Shown: positions 9,558-19,743 of the stretch, one piece after another
Layout of the letters: each line of letters opens with the position of its first letter
Position numbering within the stretch: the stretch's first letter is position 1
Origin: a bacterium
GTDB taxonomy: Bacteria; JAAXHH01
DNA length: 64,000 nt
Reading direction: 5' to 3'
Assembly: GCA_965200485.1 (NCBI GenBank)
Contig: CBDAUD010000001.1
Location: 123,858-187,857, forward strand
Notes under the pieces: generated by a model
What the model was told of the DNA's origin: nothing
Seen by the model: the letters and a program-made list of their open reading frames with translations, nothing else
Databases searched by the model: none
Made by a program: the position numbers and the translations under genes

Positions 9558-10427
9558 TCAGATCTTCTCGAGACCGTCCTGAGGGAGCCAACCGGTCTTG
9601 CCGTCCGGCAGGCTGATTCTCAACCAGTCGTCCCGGTGTTCGATCAACTGCACCTTGGCGCCGGCGTGTAGCGAAAAAACCGGTTCGGATGCGGCGTCCG
9701 GGCTTGTTCTGACCACGACCGCCGGACGCAGGATGATGCCTTCGTCGCGCCCCATGCTGTCGTAGATCTTGGCACCCGCAAAAACGATGCTCGTCAGCAG
9801 CAAAATGCAGACGACCAGGAGCGCGCAGCCTAACGCGGCTCTTGCGCGCGGTTTCCTGGCAAGCAGATAGCCCATCAGGACCAGCGAGGCGATGAATCCC
9901 GTTACGGTCGTAATGACCGTCGCTTCATTCACCGTCACCGCGTCAATTGCCTGCCGGCCGAACCATGACCATGGCACGGCGCCGACAATCTGGTCGACCG
10001 TCCTTTCATTGGCCAGGGCCAGATTGCTCTGCAGATCGTCGTCCCGGGGCATCAGGCGGGAAGCCCTTTCGTATGCCAGGATTGCCCGCCCGATCTGTTC
10101 CTGCTTGTAGTACGCATTACCCAGGTTGTAGTACACGTGTCCATTCCGTACCCCGCCCTGGATGATGCGTTCGTACGTCCGGATCGCCTCCGCGTATTTC
10201 CCGGTTTCGTAGAGCCGGTTGCCCTGCGAGTACAGGTTCACGGTCTGACGGTCCGCCGGGGCTTGGGCACAGCCGGCGGCAACGCAACCGGCAACCAGCA
10301 CGATGTTGATCAGGATCAGCCACGAGGCCGGGCCGCGGCGACCAGGTTGCTCCGAATGCCCCGTCGCCTTCAAAGCGGTCCGCGCCATGTCCCTTGCGTC
10401 CATGATGGGTATCGGCATGGGTTTCAT
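9558..10427 (-). CDS. batE: BatE-like TPR + SH3 membrane protein
   Basis: TPR (YYNLGNAYYKQEQIGRAILAYERA), two TM helices and a C-terminal SH3b domain (LHAGAKV...WLRISLPDGKTGWL). The start was trimmed to the ATG overlapping the batD stop. Confidence 0.8.
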   Translation of the reverse strand: MKPMPIPIMDARDMARTALKATGHSEQPGRRGPASWLILINIVLVAGCVAAGCAQAPADRQTVNLYSQGNRLYETGKYAEAIRTYERIIQGGVRNGHVYYNLGNAYYKQEQIGRAILAYERASRLMPRDDDLQSNLALANERTVDQIVGAVPWSWFGRQAIDAVTVNEATVITTVTGFIASLVLMGYLLARKPRARAALGCALLVVCILLLTSIVFAGAKIYDSMGRDEGIILRPAVVVRTSPDAASEPVFSLHAGAKVQLIEHRDDWLRISLPDGKTGWLPQDGLEKI

Positions 10428-12295
10428 CGGTCCTTCGCCATCTGCAATTCGATGGACTCGATGCCCGACCGGGCCTTGTCGAGGACGTCCTCGGCGTGCT
10501 CCGCCGTGAGCGCCGTCGGGGCGAACCGAGCCAAGTCGCAAGCGTCCAGGCAGTCCTTGACCAGCGAAGCCGCGCCTTCGTTCACGCCCCCTTCCCTGAG
10601 GCGTTCGACGACGTTGGGCGACGTCAGGCCGGCCGTTGGCAGATTGAACAGGTCCGCGACATAACCGTACAGGGCATTGGATATGCCCGTGAAGGTCTGG
10701 CCCAGCGCACCCTGATCCAGCTGCGCCTTCGATTGCCCGAGTGCGTCGAGGGCATTGCTTTTCGCCCGGCGGCGGCGCGCATAGCCGGCGTCGCTTCGCA
10801 GGCGATGGGCATGGGAACGGTAGAGGACCGTGGCCAGGATCGCTGCGACGGGCAGGATATGCAACAGCAGATACCAAGTGGACCTGTACAGGACCTCTCC
10901 CTGGTCGCCGAGAAATACCGTTTCGGGCTTGATGTACTGTATATCCTCCCGTATTTGTCGGACGATTGTCTTTTGCGGCACGTCGACGACGGCAACCTGG
11001 CCTTCGCTGGGCGGAAGGACGGTGATGGTCAACGCATCCGTCTTCGCAACCCGGTAGGCGTCCACATCGGGATTGAAGAAGGAAAGCGCAAGCGACGCGA
11101 CGGCATGTTCGCCCGGATGGGTTGGAATAAGCACATGCTCCCAAGTCTTCGTTCCCGAAATACGCGATCCGCCCGATGCGTATTCGGCCCTGTTCCCGGA
11201 CTGGTACTCCTTGAAAAAATCGAGCTCCGGCAGGACGGGATCTGCCACCGTCTTCAGATTGCCCTCGCCGGAAAGCACGATCGTCAGCGTCACAGGCTGG
11301 TTGACCTCCGTCGTGGTCTGGTCGACCATGGCCTTGAGCGAGAAGTCGCCCACGGCGTTGCTGAAACCATCCGGGCGTCCCCTTTCCGGCAGCGGAACAA
11401 CCGTGACGGTCTGCTCCGCGGAAGCCACCCTGATCTGGCGCGTGGTCGAGAAGAACGTATCCAGGGGATCACTCAGAAAGCGGTCGATGAGGCTTCTGCG
11501 GGAGCGTTCTCCCTGTACGTCGCAGATCATGACCAGCGGCGCGATTTTCAATTCGCCCGTCACGGTGGGGAACAGGGCGATCTGCCGCAGTTTCGCTATG
11601 GCGTACCGCTTGCCGGCGATGATTTCTTCCTGGAAATCAAGGTGTTGCGCGGTAAAAAGATCCTCCAGCCAGAATCCGGTATAGGAGGGCACCTCTTCGT
11701 ACCGGGCATTCGAGAGGCCCAGACGGGTATACAGCGTATAGGTCACCGTTACCTGCTCGCCGATGTGAGCCCGCTTCTTGTCCAGGGTTGCCCGGATGTA
11801 CACCATCTCGTCCAGGTCCGGCAAGGTCGCCTCCTGCTGCGACGGACCTGCAGGCCTGTTCGGAGAACCGCCAGGCGACGATGATGCACCCGAAGCGCCC
11901 TCCGACACCTTGATCGAAATGGGCTTCGTCCGATGGGCGGTTCCGCCATAGTTGATTTCGGCCGAGCCGATGACCAGGGTTCCGGTCTCCCGGGGCCGCA
12001 AACGATAGATGAACCGTACGGATCTGGAGGCGGTCAGGTTTCCGTTGACCAGATTGAAGCTGGTGGATGAGGAGGAGGTGTTGCCGATGACGATGAAAGA
12101 TTGCATCTCGGGCAGTTCGGGCTTCGGGACGTCCTCCAGACTGGACCCGGACACCGTGATGGTCAGTACCAGCGTTTCGCCAGTCGTCACCCGGTTCCGA
12201 TCCACCTCGGACGTTACGGAGATTTCCTGCCCCGCCACGGAAAACGGCGCCAAAAGCAGGAACCAGCATAGGCTTCTTCGCATCCACGTTCTCAT
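10424..12295 (-). CDS. batD: BatD family protein
   Basis: Signal peptide, repeated Ig-like BatD modules (TLDKKRAHIGEQVTVTY, NAVGDFSL, SGEGNL), EDIQYIK, a TM helix and CDLARFAP. Confidence 0.88.
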   Translation of the reverse strand: MRTWMRRSLCWFLLLAPFSVAGQEISVTSEVDRNRVTTGETLVLTITVSGSSLEDVPKPELPEMQSFIVIGNTSSSSTSFNLVNGNLTASRSVRFIYRLRPRETGTLVIGSAEINYGGTAHRTKPISIKVSEGASGASSSPGGSPNRPAGPSQQEATLPDLDEMVYIRATLDKKRAHIGEQVTVTYTLYTRLGLSNARYEEVPSYTGFWLEDLFTAQHLDFQEEIIAGKRYAIAKLRQIALFPTVTGELKIAPLVMICDVQGERSRRSLIDRFLSDPLDTFFSTTRQIRVASAEQTVTVVPLPERGRPDGFSNAVGDFSLKAMVDQTTTEVNQPVTLTIVLSGEGNLKTVADPVLPELDFFKEYQSGNRAEYASGGSRISGTKTWEHVLIPTHPGEHAVASLALSFFNPDVDAYRVAKTDALTITVLPPSEGQVAVVDVPQKTIVRQIREDIQYIKPETVFLGDQGEVLYRSTWYLLLHILPVAAILATVLYRSHAHRLRSDAGYARRRRAKSNALDALGQSKAQLDQGALGQTFTGISNALYGYVADLFNLPTAGLTSPNVVERLREGGVNEGAASLVKDCLDACDLARFAPTALTAEHAEDVLDKARSGIESIELQMAKDR

Positions 12296-12299
12296 GCGT

Positions 12300-13358
12300 T
12301 TAATCCAGATATCCCCGGGTTCGCAGCAGTTCCGCGTTCATGATGGCGGTACCTGCAGCCCCCCGGATCGTATTGTGGGAGAGTACTACGAATTTCATGT
12401 CCAGCACCGGGCAGGGGCGGATTCGGCCGACTGTCACGGCCATGCCGTCTTCGGCGTCCCGGTCCATCCTCGGCTGCGGCCGGTCCGGTTCGTCGCGCAC
12501 AATGATCGGGCATCTCGGAGCAGACGGCAAGCCGAGTTCCTGGGGCAGCCCGCGGTGGTTGCGCAGGGCTTCGGCGAAATCCGTTGTGTCGACTTCATGC
12601 TCCAGGACCACGGAGACGCATTCCATGTGGCCATCCCGGACGTGGACCCGGTTGCACTGCGCACTGACAGTCATCCGGGCATGGCTGATCCGATCACCCT
12701 GCAACCTGCCCAGCAGTTTCAGGGTTTCCCGTTCCATCTTGTCTTCCTCTTCCCCGATGTAGGGCAGCACGTTATCCAGGATTTCGAGGGAGGGGATACC
12801 CGGGTAACCTGCCCCGGACAGCGCCTGCATCGTGGTGACCGCGACCTGCCGCACCCCAAAGCGGTCGGCGATCGGCTTCAGCGCCATAACCAGGCCGATG
12901 GTGGAGCAGTTGGGATTGGTTGCGATGAATCCACGATCAAATCCTCGTCGTTTTCGCTGATAGTCGATGATCCCGCAGTGGTCCGCGTTAACCTCGGGGA
13001 CGAGCAGCGGCACGTCATCCTCCATCCGGTGGTTCTTCGCATTGCTCACGACCGCATAGTTGGACGCGGCGAAGGCCGTCTCGATCGGACCGGCCACCGC
13101 GGAATCCAGGCCGGAGAATACGAGATCGCAGTCCAGATCCGGTTCACAGCGCGCAACAGGCATATCGCGCGTGGCCGCCGGAATCGGCGTATCCAGCCGC
13201 CAAGCCACGGCCTCCGCGTAGGGCTTTCCGGCCGAACGTTCCGACGCCGCCAGGGCGGTTATCCTGAACCACGGATGGTTTTCGAGCAGCTGGACAAATC
13301 GCTGCCCCACCGCTCCGGTGGCGCCCAGAACCCCGACTTTAATCTCCTGCATCGACAT
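12300..13358 (-). CDS. asd: Aspartate-semialdehyde dehydrogenase (archaeal/eukaryote-like subtype)
   Basis: [44 protein letters not shown] and HNTIRGAAG. Confidence 0.95.
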   Translation of the reverse strand: MSMQEIKVGVLGATGAVGQRFVQLLENHPWFRITALAASERSAGKPYAEAVAWRLDTPIPAATRDMPVARCEPDLDCDLVFSGLDSAVAGPIETAFAASNYAVVSNAKNHRMEDDVPLLVPEVNADHCGIIDYQRKRRGFDRGFIATNPNCSTIGLVMALKPIADRFGVRQVAVTTMQALSGAGYPGIPSLEILDNVLPYIGEEEDKMERETLKLLGRLQGDRISHARMTVSAQCNRVHVRDGHMECVSVVLEHEVDTTDFAEALRNHRGLPQELGLPSAPRCPIIVRDEPDRPQPRMDRDAEDGMAVTVGRIRPCPVLDMKFVVLSHNTIRGAAGTAIMNAELLRTRGYLD

Positions 13359-13400
13359 TTCAGGTTCCCAGTTCCGATACAACGGTTGTATTGGCCGGGT

Positions 13401-14504
13401 TTACTCATCGCCGGCGGGCTGCATCCTTGCCGCCTTGATCAGATCGCCGAACAGACCGCCCGCCGTTACTTCCGGTCCCGCACCCGGCCCCCGGACAATA
13501 AGCGGGTTGTCCCGATATCTCTTCGTGGTGCACACCACCATGTTATCGGGACCGGTCAAGCTTCCCAAAGGACTTACGCTGTCCACGCTTTGGAGGCTGA
13601 CCCTGCATGTATGGTCCGCTATGGCGGCGACGTATCGCAGCACTTGTCCGCGTTGCCTGCTGGATTCCACCCGCTCCGCGTAAGCGGCGTCCTCCTGCGG
13701 CAACATCTTCATGAGCGCATCCACCGATGGCGCGCTCAGCACGGAGTCGGACAGCATGCCCGCGACCTCCACCTCGTCGAGTTCAAGACGGTATCCGATC
13801 TCGCGCGCCAGGATCAGGGCTTTCCGCGCCACGTCCATACCGTTCAGGTCATCCCGGGGATCGGGTTCCGTATAACCAAGCGTTTTCGCTTCCCGGACGA
13901 TTTCCGAGAAGGCGAGACCGTCGTCCAACCGGGAACAGATATAACCCAGCGTACCGCTCAGACATCCGACGATTTCGGTTACTTCGTCGCCCGTGTCCAC
14001 CAGTTCCCTCACCGTACTTACGACCGGCAGACCGGCGCCCGCCGTCGTTTCGTACCAATATCGCATCCGACTGAAACGGCCAAGCTCCTGGATCTCGTCA
14101 TAGACGTTCCCTCGGTCGGTGACGGGCTTTTTGTTGGCCGTTACCACCGGGATACCCCGGCGGAGGCACGCCAGGTGCACTGCCGTCATATCGGCGGCCG
14201 TCGTATCGATCACGCAAAGCCGTTCAGGAGGATCATGCAACAATCGATCGATTATGGCCGGCGCTCCGGGGTAATCCGTGCGCCTGTCGCTGTTGCTCAG
14301 CAACCCGTCAAGCCCGTCGGGGCTGCGTAGCGCCGCATTGAGTCCTCGCGGATCGAAGACCAGCATGTTCTGGCCGCATATCCCGACATACTCGAAGGAA
14401 AGACCGCAGGTATCCGCCAGCGTTTCGGACCTTTGCACCACCTGCCGGATCAACGCGCCGCCTATGTTCCCTTTGCCGAACTGAAACAGATTAATTGCCT
14501 TCAA
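13401..14504 (-). CDS. hom: Homoserine dehydrogenase (corresponds to the C-terminal half of ThrA)
   Basis: [52 protein letters not shown] and [10 protein letters not shown]; TTG start with upstream GGAGG. Confidence 0.88.
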   Translation of the reverse strand: MKAINLFQFGKGNIGGALIRQVVQRSETLADTCGLSFEYVGICGQNMLVFDPRGLNAALRSPDGLDGLLSNSDRRTDYPGAPAIIDRLLHDPPERLCVIDTTAADMTAVHLACLRRGIPVVTANKKPVTDRGNVYDEIQELGRFSRMRYWYETTAGAGLPVVSTVRELVDTGDEVTEIVGCLSGTLGYICSRLDDGLAFSEIVREAKTLGYTEPDPRDDLNGMDVARKALILAREIGYRLELDEVEVAGMLSDSVLSAPSVDALMKMLPQEDAAYAERVESSRQRGQVLRYVAAIADHTCRVSLQSVDSVSPLGSLTGPDNMVVCTTKRYRDNPLIVRGPGAGPEVTAGGLFGDLIKAARMQPAGDE

Positions 14505-15900
14505 GGCCTCCGTCTCCTCCCAGTCCAAAGGCCGCGTGCACCAGTTGAACCGTTTTCCGCAGGTCATTCCGTTCGACGACGAAAGAGATGTTCAGTTCCG
14601 AAGAACCCTGGGCGATGGCGATGATGTTGATTTCGTGTTCGCCGAGAATGCCGAACGTCCGCGCCGCGATACCGGGCGTTCCCTTCATGCCGCCGCCGAC
14701 CACCGCCACAGCGGCCAGATCGGGTTGAACCGAGATTTCCTCCACACGGCCTTCGGAGACCTCATGACGAAACTCCTCCTTCAGCGCCTGCAGGGTTGCG
14801 GGGTTGTCGCGTTCGTCGACTACCAGGCAGACGTCGTGTTCGGAGGAAGCCTGCGTAATCATGATGATCCGGACCTTGTGTTCGGCCGTGGTCCTGAAAA
14901 GGCGGGCATGGGTGTCCGGGGTTCTGCTGAAGCTTGCGCCTTTGACCATGATCAGACACAGCCGATCGATACTTGTCACGGCCTTCACGCCGAGCGGAGC
15001 CGCACCGGTGCGCGACGATATCACCGTTCCGCTGCGCTCGGGGCGGAAGGTGTTACGGATTCGGACGGGAATTTCGTGTTTCACCGCGGGCAGCATGGTC
15101 ATGGGATGAAGTACCTTGGCGCCGAAATAGGACATCTCGGCGGCCTCGAGATACGAAATTTCCTTGAGGACGCGCGCGTCCTCGACGATTCTCGGATCGG
15201 CCGTCATGACGCCGTCCACGTCCGTCCAGATCCAGATTTCCTCGGTGCGCAAGGCGCCGCCGACCAGGGAAGCGGTGTAGTCTGAGGCGCCCCGTCCCAG
15301 GGTCGTGGTGGCGCCTTCGTCCGTCGATCCCAGAAATCCCGTTATGACTGGAACACAGCCGTCGCGTACCAGGGGGGCCAGTCCATCCGAAAGGCGACGG
15401 TCGGTTTCCGCGAATTGCACTTCCGCCTCGGTATGACGCCCGTTGGTCTTCACGTACTCGCGCGCGTCGACGGGAACGGAAGACAGACCGACGGATCTGA
15501 GCGCCGCGGAAACCACGATCACCGACAGACGTTCGCCGAAGGAGCTGACCAGATCGAACGAGCGCGGGGTAAGTTCGCCGAGCAATCTGATGCCATGCAG
15601 AATGCCCGATAGCTCGTCAATCAGTCTGGCGCAGGCATCAAGCGCGCCCGTCCGTTCATTCCCCCTTGCCACGGCGCAAACCGTCTCCTCGTGGCGTTTC
15701 CGCAAAGCGTCCAGGGTATCCGCGGGCGGCGTGCCGGTGGAGGCCTCGACGGCCATGTTCCGAAGGGTGTCGGTCACCTTGCTCATGGCGGACAAAACCA
15801 CCGACAGGCTGTGTTCGCGGTAGCTTTCAACGATTTCGACGACTTGTCGAATAGCCTCCGCACTACCTACGGATGTGCCTCCGAATTTCATGACAATCAT
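14491..15900 (-). CDS. lysC: Aspartate kinase with two ACT domains (corresponds to the N-terminal half of ThrA)
   Basis: VMKFGGTSVG, GERLS, TTTLGRGASDY, WTDVDGVMTADPR, GAKVLHP and ACT motifs TQASSE and AQGSSELNIS. Confidence 0.92.
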   Translation of the reverse strand: MIVMKFGGTSVGSAEAIRQVVEIVESYREHSLSVVLSAMSKVTDTLRNMAVEASTGTPPADTLDALRKRHEETVCAVARGNERTGALDACARLIDELSGILHGIRLLGELTPRSFDLVSSFGERLSVIVVSAALRSVGLSSVPVDAREYVKTNGRHTEAEVQFAETDRRLSDGLAPLVRDGCVPVITGFLGSTDEGATTTLGRGASDYTASLVGGALRTEEIWIWTDVDGVMTADPRIVEDARVLKEISYLEAAEMSYFGAKVLHPMTMLPAVKHEIPVRIRNTFRPERSGTVISSRTGAAPLGVKAVTSIDRLCLIMVKGASFSRTPDTHARLFRTTAEHKVRIIMITQASSEHDVCLVVDERDNPATLQALKEEFRHEVSEGRVEEISVQPDLAAVAVVGGGMKGTPGIAARTFGILGEHEINIIAIAQGSSELNISFVVERNDLRKTVQLVHAAFGLGGDGGLEGN

Positions 15901-15925
15901 AATACCACTCTATTCATCGAACCGA

Positions 15926-16591
15926 TCACCAGTCTTTCTCCGGGTTGATCTGCGTAGCCTCTTGTCTGCGCAGCCGATGCTGCAAGTCCTGCTCATCCCG
16001 GTTCAGGGCATCCAACAGACGCTGCGCCTGTTGCCGGTTCAGCTCCCCTTCCTGAATTTCCTGCTCTTGTTCCGGGTTCTCCTCTTCTTCAGGTTGCTGT
16101 TCCGGATCGTCCTCCGGATCGTCCTGGTTATCCTGCTGGTTCTGATCTTCCGGTTGATCCTGGGGGTCCTCGCGGCCCTGCGCCTGTTGGGCCTGAAGCT
16201 GCCGGGTTACGAATTCCAGGTTGTATTTCATGTCCAAATCGTCCGGCGCGATTCGGAGGCCCGCCTTGTAGGCCTCAATGGACTCCTGCAGCCGACCCAT
16301 GCGATACAGGCTGTTGCCCATGTTGTAGTGGGCGCTGCCGCCCAACGACGGCGCGCCTTCCACTGCGTTCGTATATGCCTCCAGGGCCGTGGGAAACTGC
16401 TCGGTGCGATACAGCGCGTTGCCTCGGTTGTAATGGAGCGCGGGATTTTCTTCGTCCGCCGCCAGCGCCTCGTCATAGGCGGCGAGCGCCTCGCTGTATT
16501 TCTCCTGGCTATACAGTTCGTTTCCGCGGGCGTTCTTTGCTGCGGACGGCTGCCAGCCGAACAACAATACGACAACCAATATGGTGCTCAT
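15926..16591 (-). CDS. batC: BatC-like TPR protein
   Basis: Signal peptide, TPRs (YNRGNALY, YNMGNSLY), a Q/D/E-rich linker and the characteristic C-terminal EKDW. Confidence 0.88.
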   Translation of the reverse strand: MSTILVVVLLFGWQPSAAKNARGNELYSQEKYSEALAAYDEALAADEENPALHYNRGNALYRTEQFPTALEAYTNAVEGAPSLGGSAHYNMGNSLYRMGRLQESIEAYKAGLRIAPDDLDMKYNLEFVTRQLQAQQAQGREDPQDQPEDQNQQDNQDDPEDDPEQQPEEEENPEQEQEIQEGELNRQQAQRLLDALNRDEQDLQHRLRRQEATQINPEKDW

Positions 16592-16614
16592 GATTGACTC
16601 CGAGGCTTGCGATG

Positions 16615-17625
16615 CTACGATTCGGTGCGCAGGCTGCGATTCCGGATCACGGTATCCGCAATCAGGAACATCAGGCCAAACAACAATATAACCTGGAACC
16701 GTTCAACATACTGCGTAAATTCCCTGCTTTCGTATTCCGCCTGCTCCAGCGACGCCAGGGTATCGTAAATCAAATCCATCTCTTCGCCGGCAGCCGATAC
16801 CCTGTAGTAGGCCCCGCCGGTCGTCTCCGCGATCTGGCGCAGGGTGGATTCGTCCAGCCGGCTCATGACCACTTCTCCCGAACGATCCCGCCTGTGGCCG
16901 GTGACTGTGCCGTCTTCGCCCTTGACCGGTATGGGAACGCCCTGCGGTGCGCCAACACCCACCACGTAAACACGCACATCCCGGGCAGCCAGTTGTCGGG
17001 CCATTGCGGCGGGGTCCTCCTGGTGATCCTCTCCGTCGGTGATCAGTACAACCGCCTTGTACCCTCTATGATTCTCCTGGAACGAGCGGCCCGCGATGCG
17101 CAACGCCTCCGAGATTGCCGTGCCCTGTGTACCCACCGTCCCGGTATCGACGCCTTCCAGAAAGAGTTCCACGACACTGTAGTCGGTGGTCAGGGGGCAC
17201 TGAAGAAAAGCCGACCCGGCGAAAACCACCAGACCGACCTGGTCGCTACGGAGTTTCTGTACCAGGGACCGGACCGCATACTTGGCCCGTATGAGGCGGT
17301 TCGGCCGGACGTCCTCGGCCAACATGCTATTGGAGACATCCAGCGCAACCATCACCGAAAAACCCGTCTGACGCACCGTTTCGGAACGGGTACCAAACTG
17401 GGGCCGGGCGAGCGCCATAATGAAGCAGAACAGAGCCGCGAGCACGAGCGCCGCCTTGACCGACTGCCTGCGCTCCGCGGAGTACGGCGACAGTCTGCTC
17501 AGCAGCGCCGGTTCTCCCAAAGCCCCGAGCATGTCCCGCCGGTGCCGGAACCGAACGACAAAAAACACGATGAGCAGCGGGATCAGCGCAAGCAGATACA
17601 GAAACTCGGGCTGGGCAAGTTGCAT
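16615..17625 (-). CDS. batB: BatB VWA domain membrane protein
   Basis: ALARPQFG, MIDAS DVSNSM, PNRL, QCPLTTDY, ITDGEDH and SRLDESTL. Confidence 0.9.
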   Translation of the reverse strand: MQLAQPEFLYLLALIPLLIVFFVVRFRHRRDMLGALGEPALLSRLSPYSAERRQSVKAALVLAALFCFIMALARPQFGTRSETVRQTGFSVMVALDVSNSMLAEDVRPNRLIRAKYAVRSLVQKLRSDQVGLVVFAGSAFLQCPLTTDYSVVELFLEGVDTGTVGTQGTAISEALRIAGRSFQENHRGYKAVVLITDGEDHQEDPAAMARQLAARDVRVYVVGVGAPQGVPIPVKGEDGTVTGHRRDRSGEVVMSRLDESTLRQIAETTGGAYYRVSAAGEEMDLIYDTLASLEQAEYESREFTQYVERFQVILLFGLMFLIADTVIRNRSLRTES

Positions 17626-17658
17626 GTGTACTCCGTCGACCCGAAGGCAAATGCCTGC

Positions 17659-18666
17659 CTACGGCAGTTTTCTTAACCGGGTTTGCGTCAACAGGGTTTC
17701 CGCCAGCAGCAGCAACATGGCCGGCAACAGCAGAAAACCGAACAATTCCGTGTATCTCGAGTAGGAGATGACTTTCATCTCCGTGCGTTCGAGGGCGTCG
17801 ATACGTTGATAGATGTGGGACAGCATCTCGCCGTCGGTCGCCTTGAAGTAGTATCCTCCGGTGATGCGCGCGACCTGTTCCAGCGTTTCCTCGTCGATTT
17901 CCGTGAGGGCGAGGCTGCCATCCCGATTGCGGGCGTACGTCCGGCCCACGACCGGATCGTCGACCGGAATGGGCGCGCCTTCCTCTTTTCCTATCCCGAC
18001 CGAGTAAATCCTGACGCCCAGCGCCTTGGCGGCCTTGGCCGCAGTAATCGGGTCGATCGCCCCCGTGTTGTTCACCCCGTCGGTCAACAGGATAACCACC
18101 TTGCTTTCGGCGCTGCTCTGCCGCAACCGGTTGACGGAATTGGCGATGCCCATTCCGATGGCCGTGCCTTCTTCGGTCAGCCCGATCTCCACCTGGTCGA
18201 GCAGGCCGAGCAGCACGTCGTAGTCCAGCGTCAGCGGACATTGCGTGAAGCTGCGCCCCGCGAAGACGACCATGCCGATTCGGTCGTTTGTCCGTTCCCG
18301 AATGAAATCGGAGATCACGGTTTTGGCGACGTAGAGCCGGTTGCGGGGCTTGTAGTCTTCGGCCCCCATGCTGCCGGAAATGTCAAGCGCCAGCACGATG
18401 TCGATACCTTCGGTCATCACTTCCGCACCTTCGGTCCCCGTCTGCGGTCGGGCAAGAGCCAATATCGCCAGGCCGACGGCGGCGGCGCGCAGCGCGAAGG
18501 GGACGTGGCGGTACTTCAGGATGGACGGACGTTTCAGCCGGTCTACGAAGGAGATATCGGAAAACCGAAGTGCGCCTCGCCGTCCCTTCATCTGGCGGCG
18601 ATACCACCACAGCAGCACGGGCAGTACGGCGAGCAGTCCAAGCATCACAGGCATGGAAAAGAACAT
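17659..18666 (-). CDS. batA: BatA VWA domain membrane protein
   Basis: ALARPQ, EGIDIVLALDISGSM, QCPLTLDY, GTAIG, LLTDGVNNTG and EIDEETL; start trimmed to MFFSMP. Confidence 0.92.
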   Translation of the reverse strand: MFFSMPVMLGLLAVLPVLLWWYRRQMKGRRGALRFSDISFVDRLKRPSILKYRHVPFALRAAAVGLAILALARPQTGTEGAEVMTEGIDIVLALDISGSMGAEDYKPRNRLYVAKTVISDFIRERTNDRIGMVVFAGRSFTQCPLTLDYDVLLGLLDQVEIGLTEEGTAIGMGIANSVNRLRQSSAESKVVILLTDGVNNTGAIDPITAAKAAKALGVRIYSVGIGKEEGAPIPVDDPVVGRTYARNRDGSLALTEIDEETLEQVARITGGYYFKATDGEMLSHIYQRIDALERTEMKVISYSRYTELFGFLLLPAMLLLLAETLLTQTRLRKLP

Positions 18667-18671
18667 GGGCG

Positions 18672-19742
18672 TCAATCCTTTTCCGGTGTCCGCGTTGCAT
18701 CGGCGGATCCGCCTGCGGCCTGGTCGGCCTGGCCGGAGACCGGCGCATGGTCGTCGGGCGGCTCGTCGGGCGCAGCAACATCCGGGACCTCGGGCGGGCG
18801 CGTAAACTCGACGATCTCGCGTCCTTCCTGTACCGAAAGCGCCTGACGGCCGGACTCCGGCGTATGTTTCGCGAATTTGACCATGTCGCACTCTTCAAAC
18901 AGTACCCGGACTGCGCGGGTCTCCTCGTGCCCGAAATCAAGCGCATCCAACGCCGTCATCAGTTCGGAGGTCGTGTATTCCATGGCGTTTATCCGATAGC
19001 GCGCGGACAGGTATCGGCGCAGGATTTCCGACAACGCCGAATAATGCGCGTTCACGCGTCCCTCGCTCAGCCATTCCCTGCGGGCCAGCCGATCCAGCTC
19101 TTCCAGGGCGAGATCCTCGGCAGGACGCTCGACTGCTGCGACCGATTCGATCGGTGCGTCCCGATTCCGGCGACGCCTGATGTACAGCATAATCGCCACG
19201 GCCGCGGCGATCAATACCAGTCCGCCGATCACCCACCAGTACCAGGGCAACTCGTCGGGTATCTCCGCCGGATCCTTCAGATCGCGTATATCCGTTGCCT
19301 CATCGTCTATCACGCTGGCAACGGTGATCGATATGGTATCCGATACGGCGGAAAGCTCGGTACCATCCGGGAGAATGCAAGTAAGTGAAAACGGCGGTAT
19401 GGAATACTCGCCCGTTCGATACAAGGTCAGTACGTAGCGGAGGGAATCGATGTTCGCATCGCCCGGGCCCGGAAGCGGTCCGTCGTGTTCGAAGGACAGC
19501 AGATCGAAGCCTTCGGGGGGCCGGTCGGATTCAGACCACGCTATCGCGGCGTCGCCGGGACTCTGTACGACGATCCGGTACAGGATGGGATCGCCCACGG
19601 TGATCCGGTCGCGGTCCACCGAGGCCGCGATCGAAAATACACTGTCTTCCTGTGGCAACGGACCGGCGTAGACTGGATTCGGCCAGACAACCGCCAGGAT
19701 GGAGACGAATAAACAGGAACACCTCACCGCACGCCGCCTCAT
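18672..19742 (-). CDS. Bat-operon membrane protein (BatD-like N-terminus, DUF4381-like)
   Basis: ASVDRDRITVGDP, IRDLKDP, a TM helix, YSALSEILRRYL...AMEYTTSEL and CDMVKFAK; occupies the usual position upstream of batA. Confidence 0.75.
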   Translation of the reverse strand: MRRRAVRCSCLFVSILAVVWPNPVYAGPLPQEDSVFSIAASVDRDRITVGDPILYRIVVQSPGDAAIAWSESDRPPEGFDLLSFEHDGPLPGPGDANIDSLRYVLTLYRTGEYSIPPFSLTCILPDGTELSAVSDTISITVASVIDDEATDIRDLKDPAEIPDELPWYWWVIGGLVLIAAAVAIMLYIRRRRNRDAPIESVAAVERPAEDLALEELDRLARREWLSEGRVNAHYSALSEILRRYLSARYRINAMEYTTSELMTALDALDFGHEETRAVRVLFEECDMVKFAKHTPESGRQALSVQEGREIVEFTRPPEVPDVAAPDEPPDDHAPVSGQADQAAGGSADATRTPEKD

Positions 19743-19743
19743 G

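Noticed and set aside
10428-11144. Long N-terminal extension of the batE ORF
   Set aside because: It is an alternative frame inside batD; batE starts near 10427.
12009-14330. 773-aa plus-strand ORF
   Set aside because: Antisense shadow of asd/hom in GC-rich DNA; no recognisable motifs.
16060-16200. Low-complexity repeat-like DNA
   Set aside because: It encodes the ordinary Q/D/E-rich BatC linker; it is not CRISPR or a tandem array.
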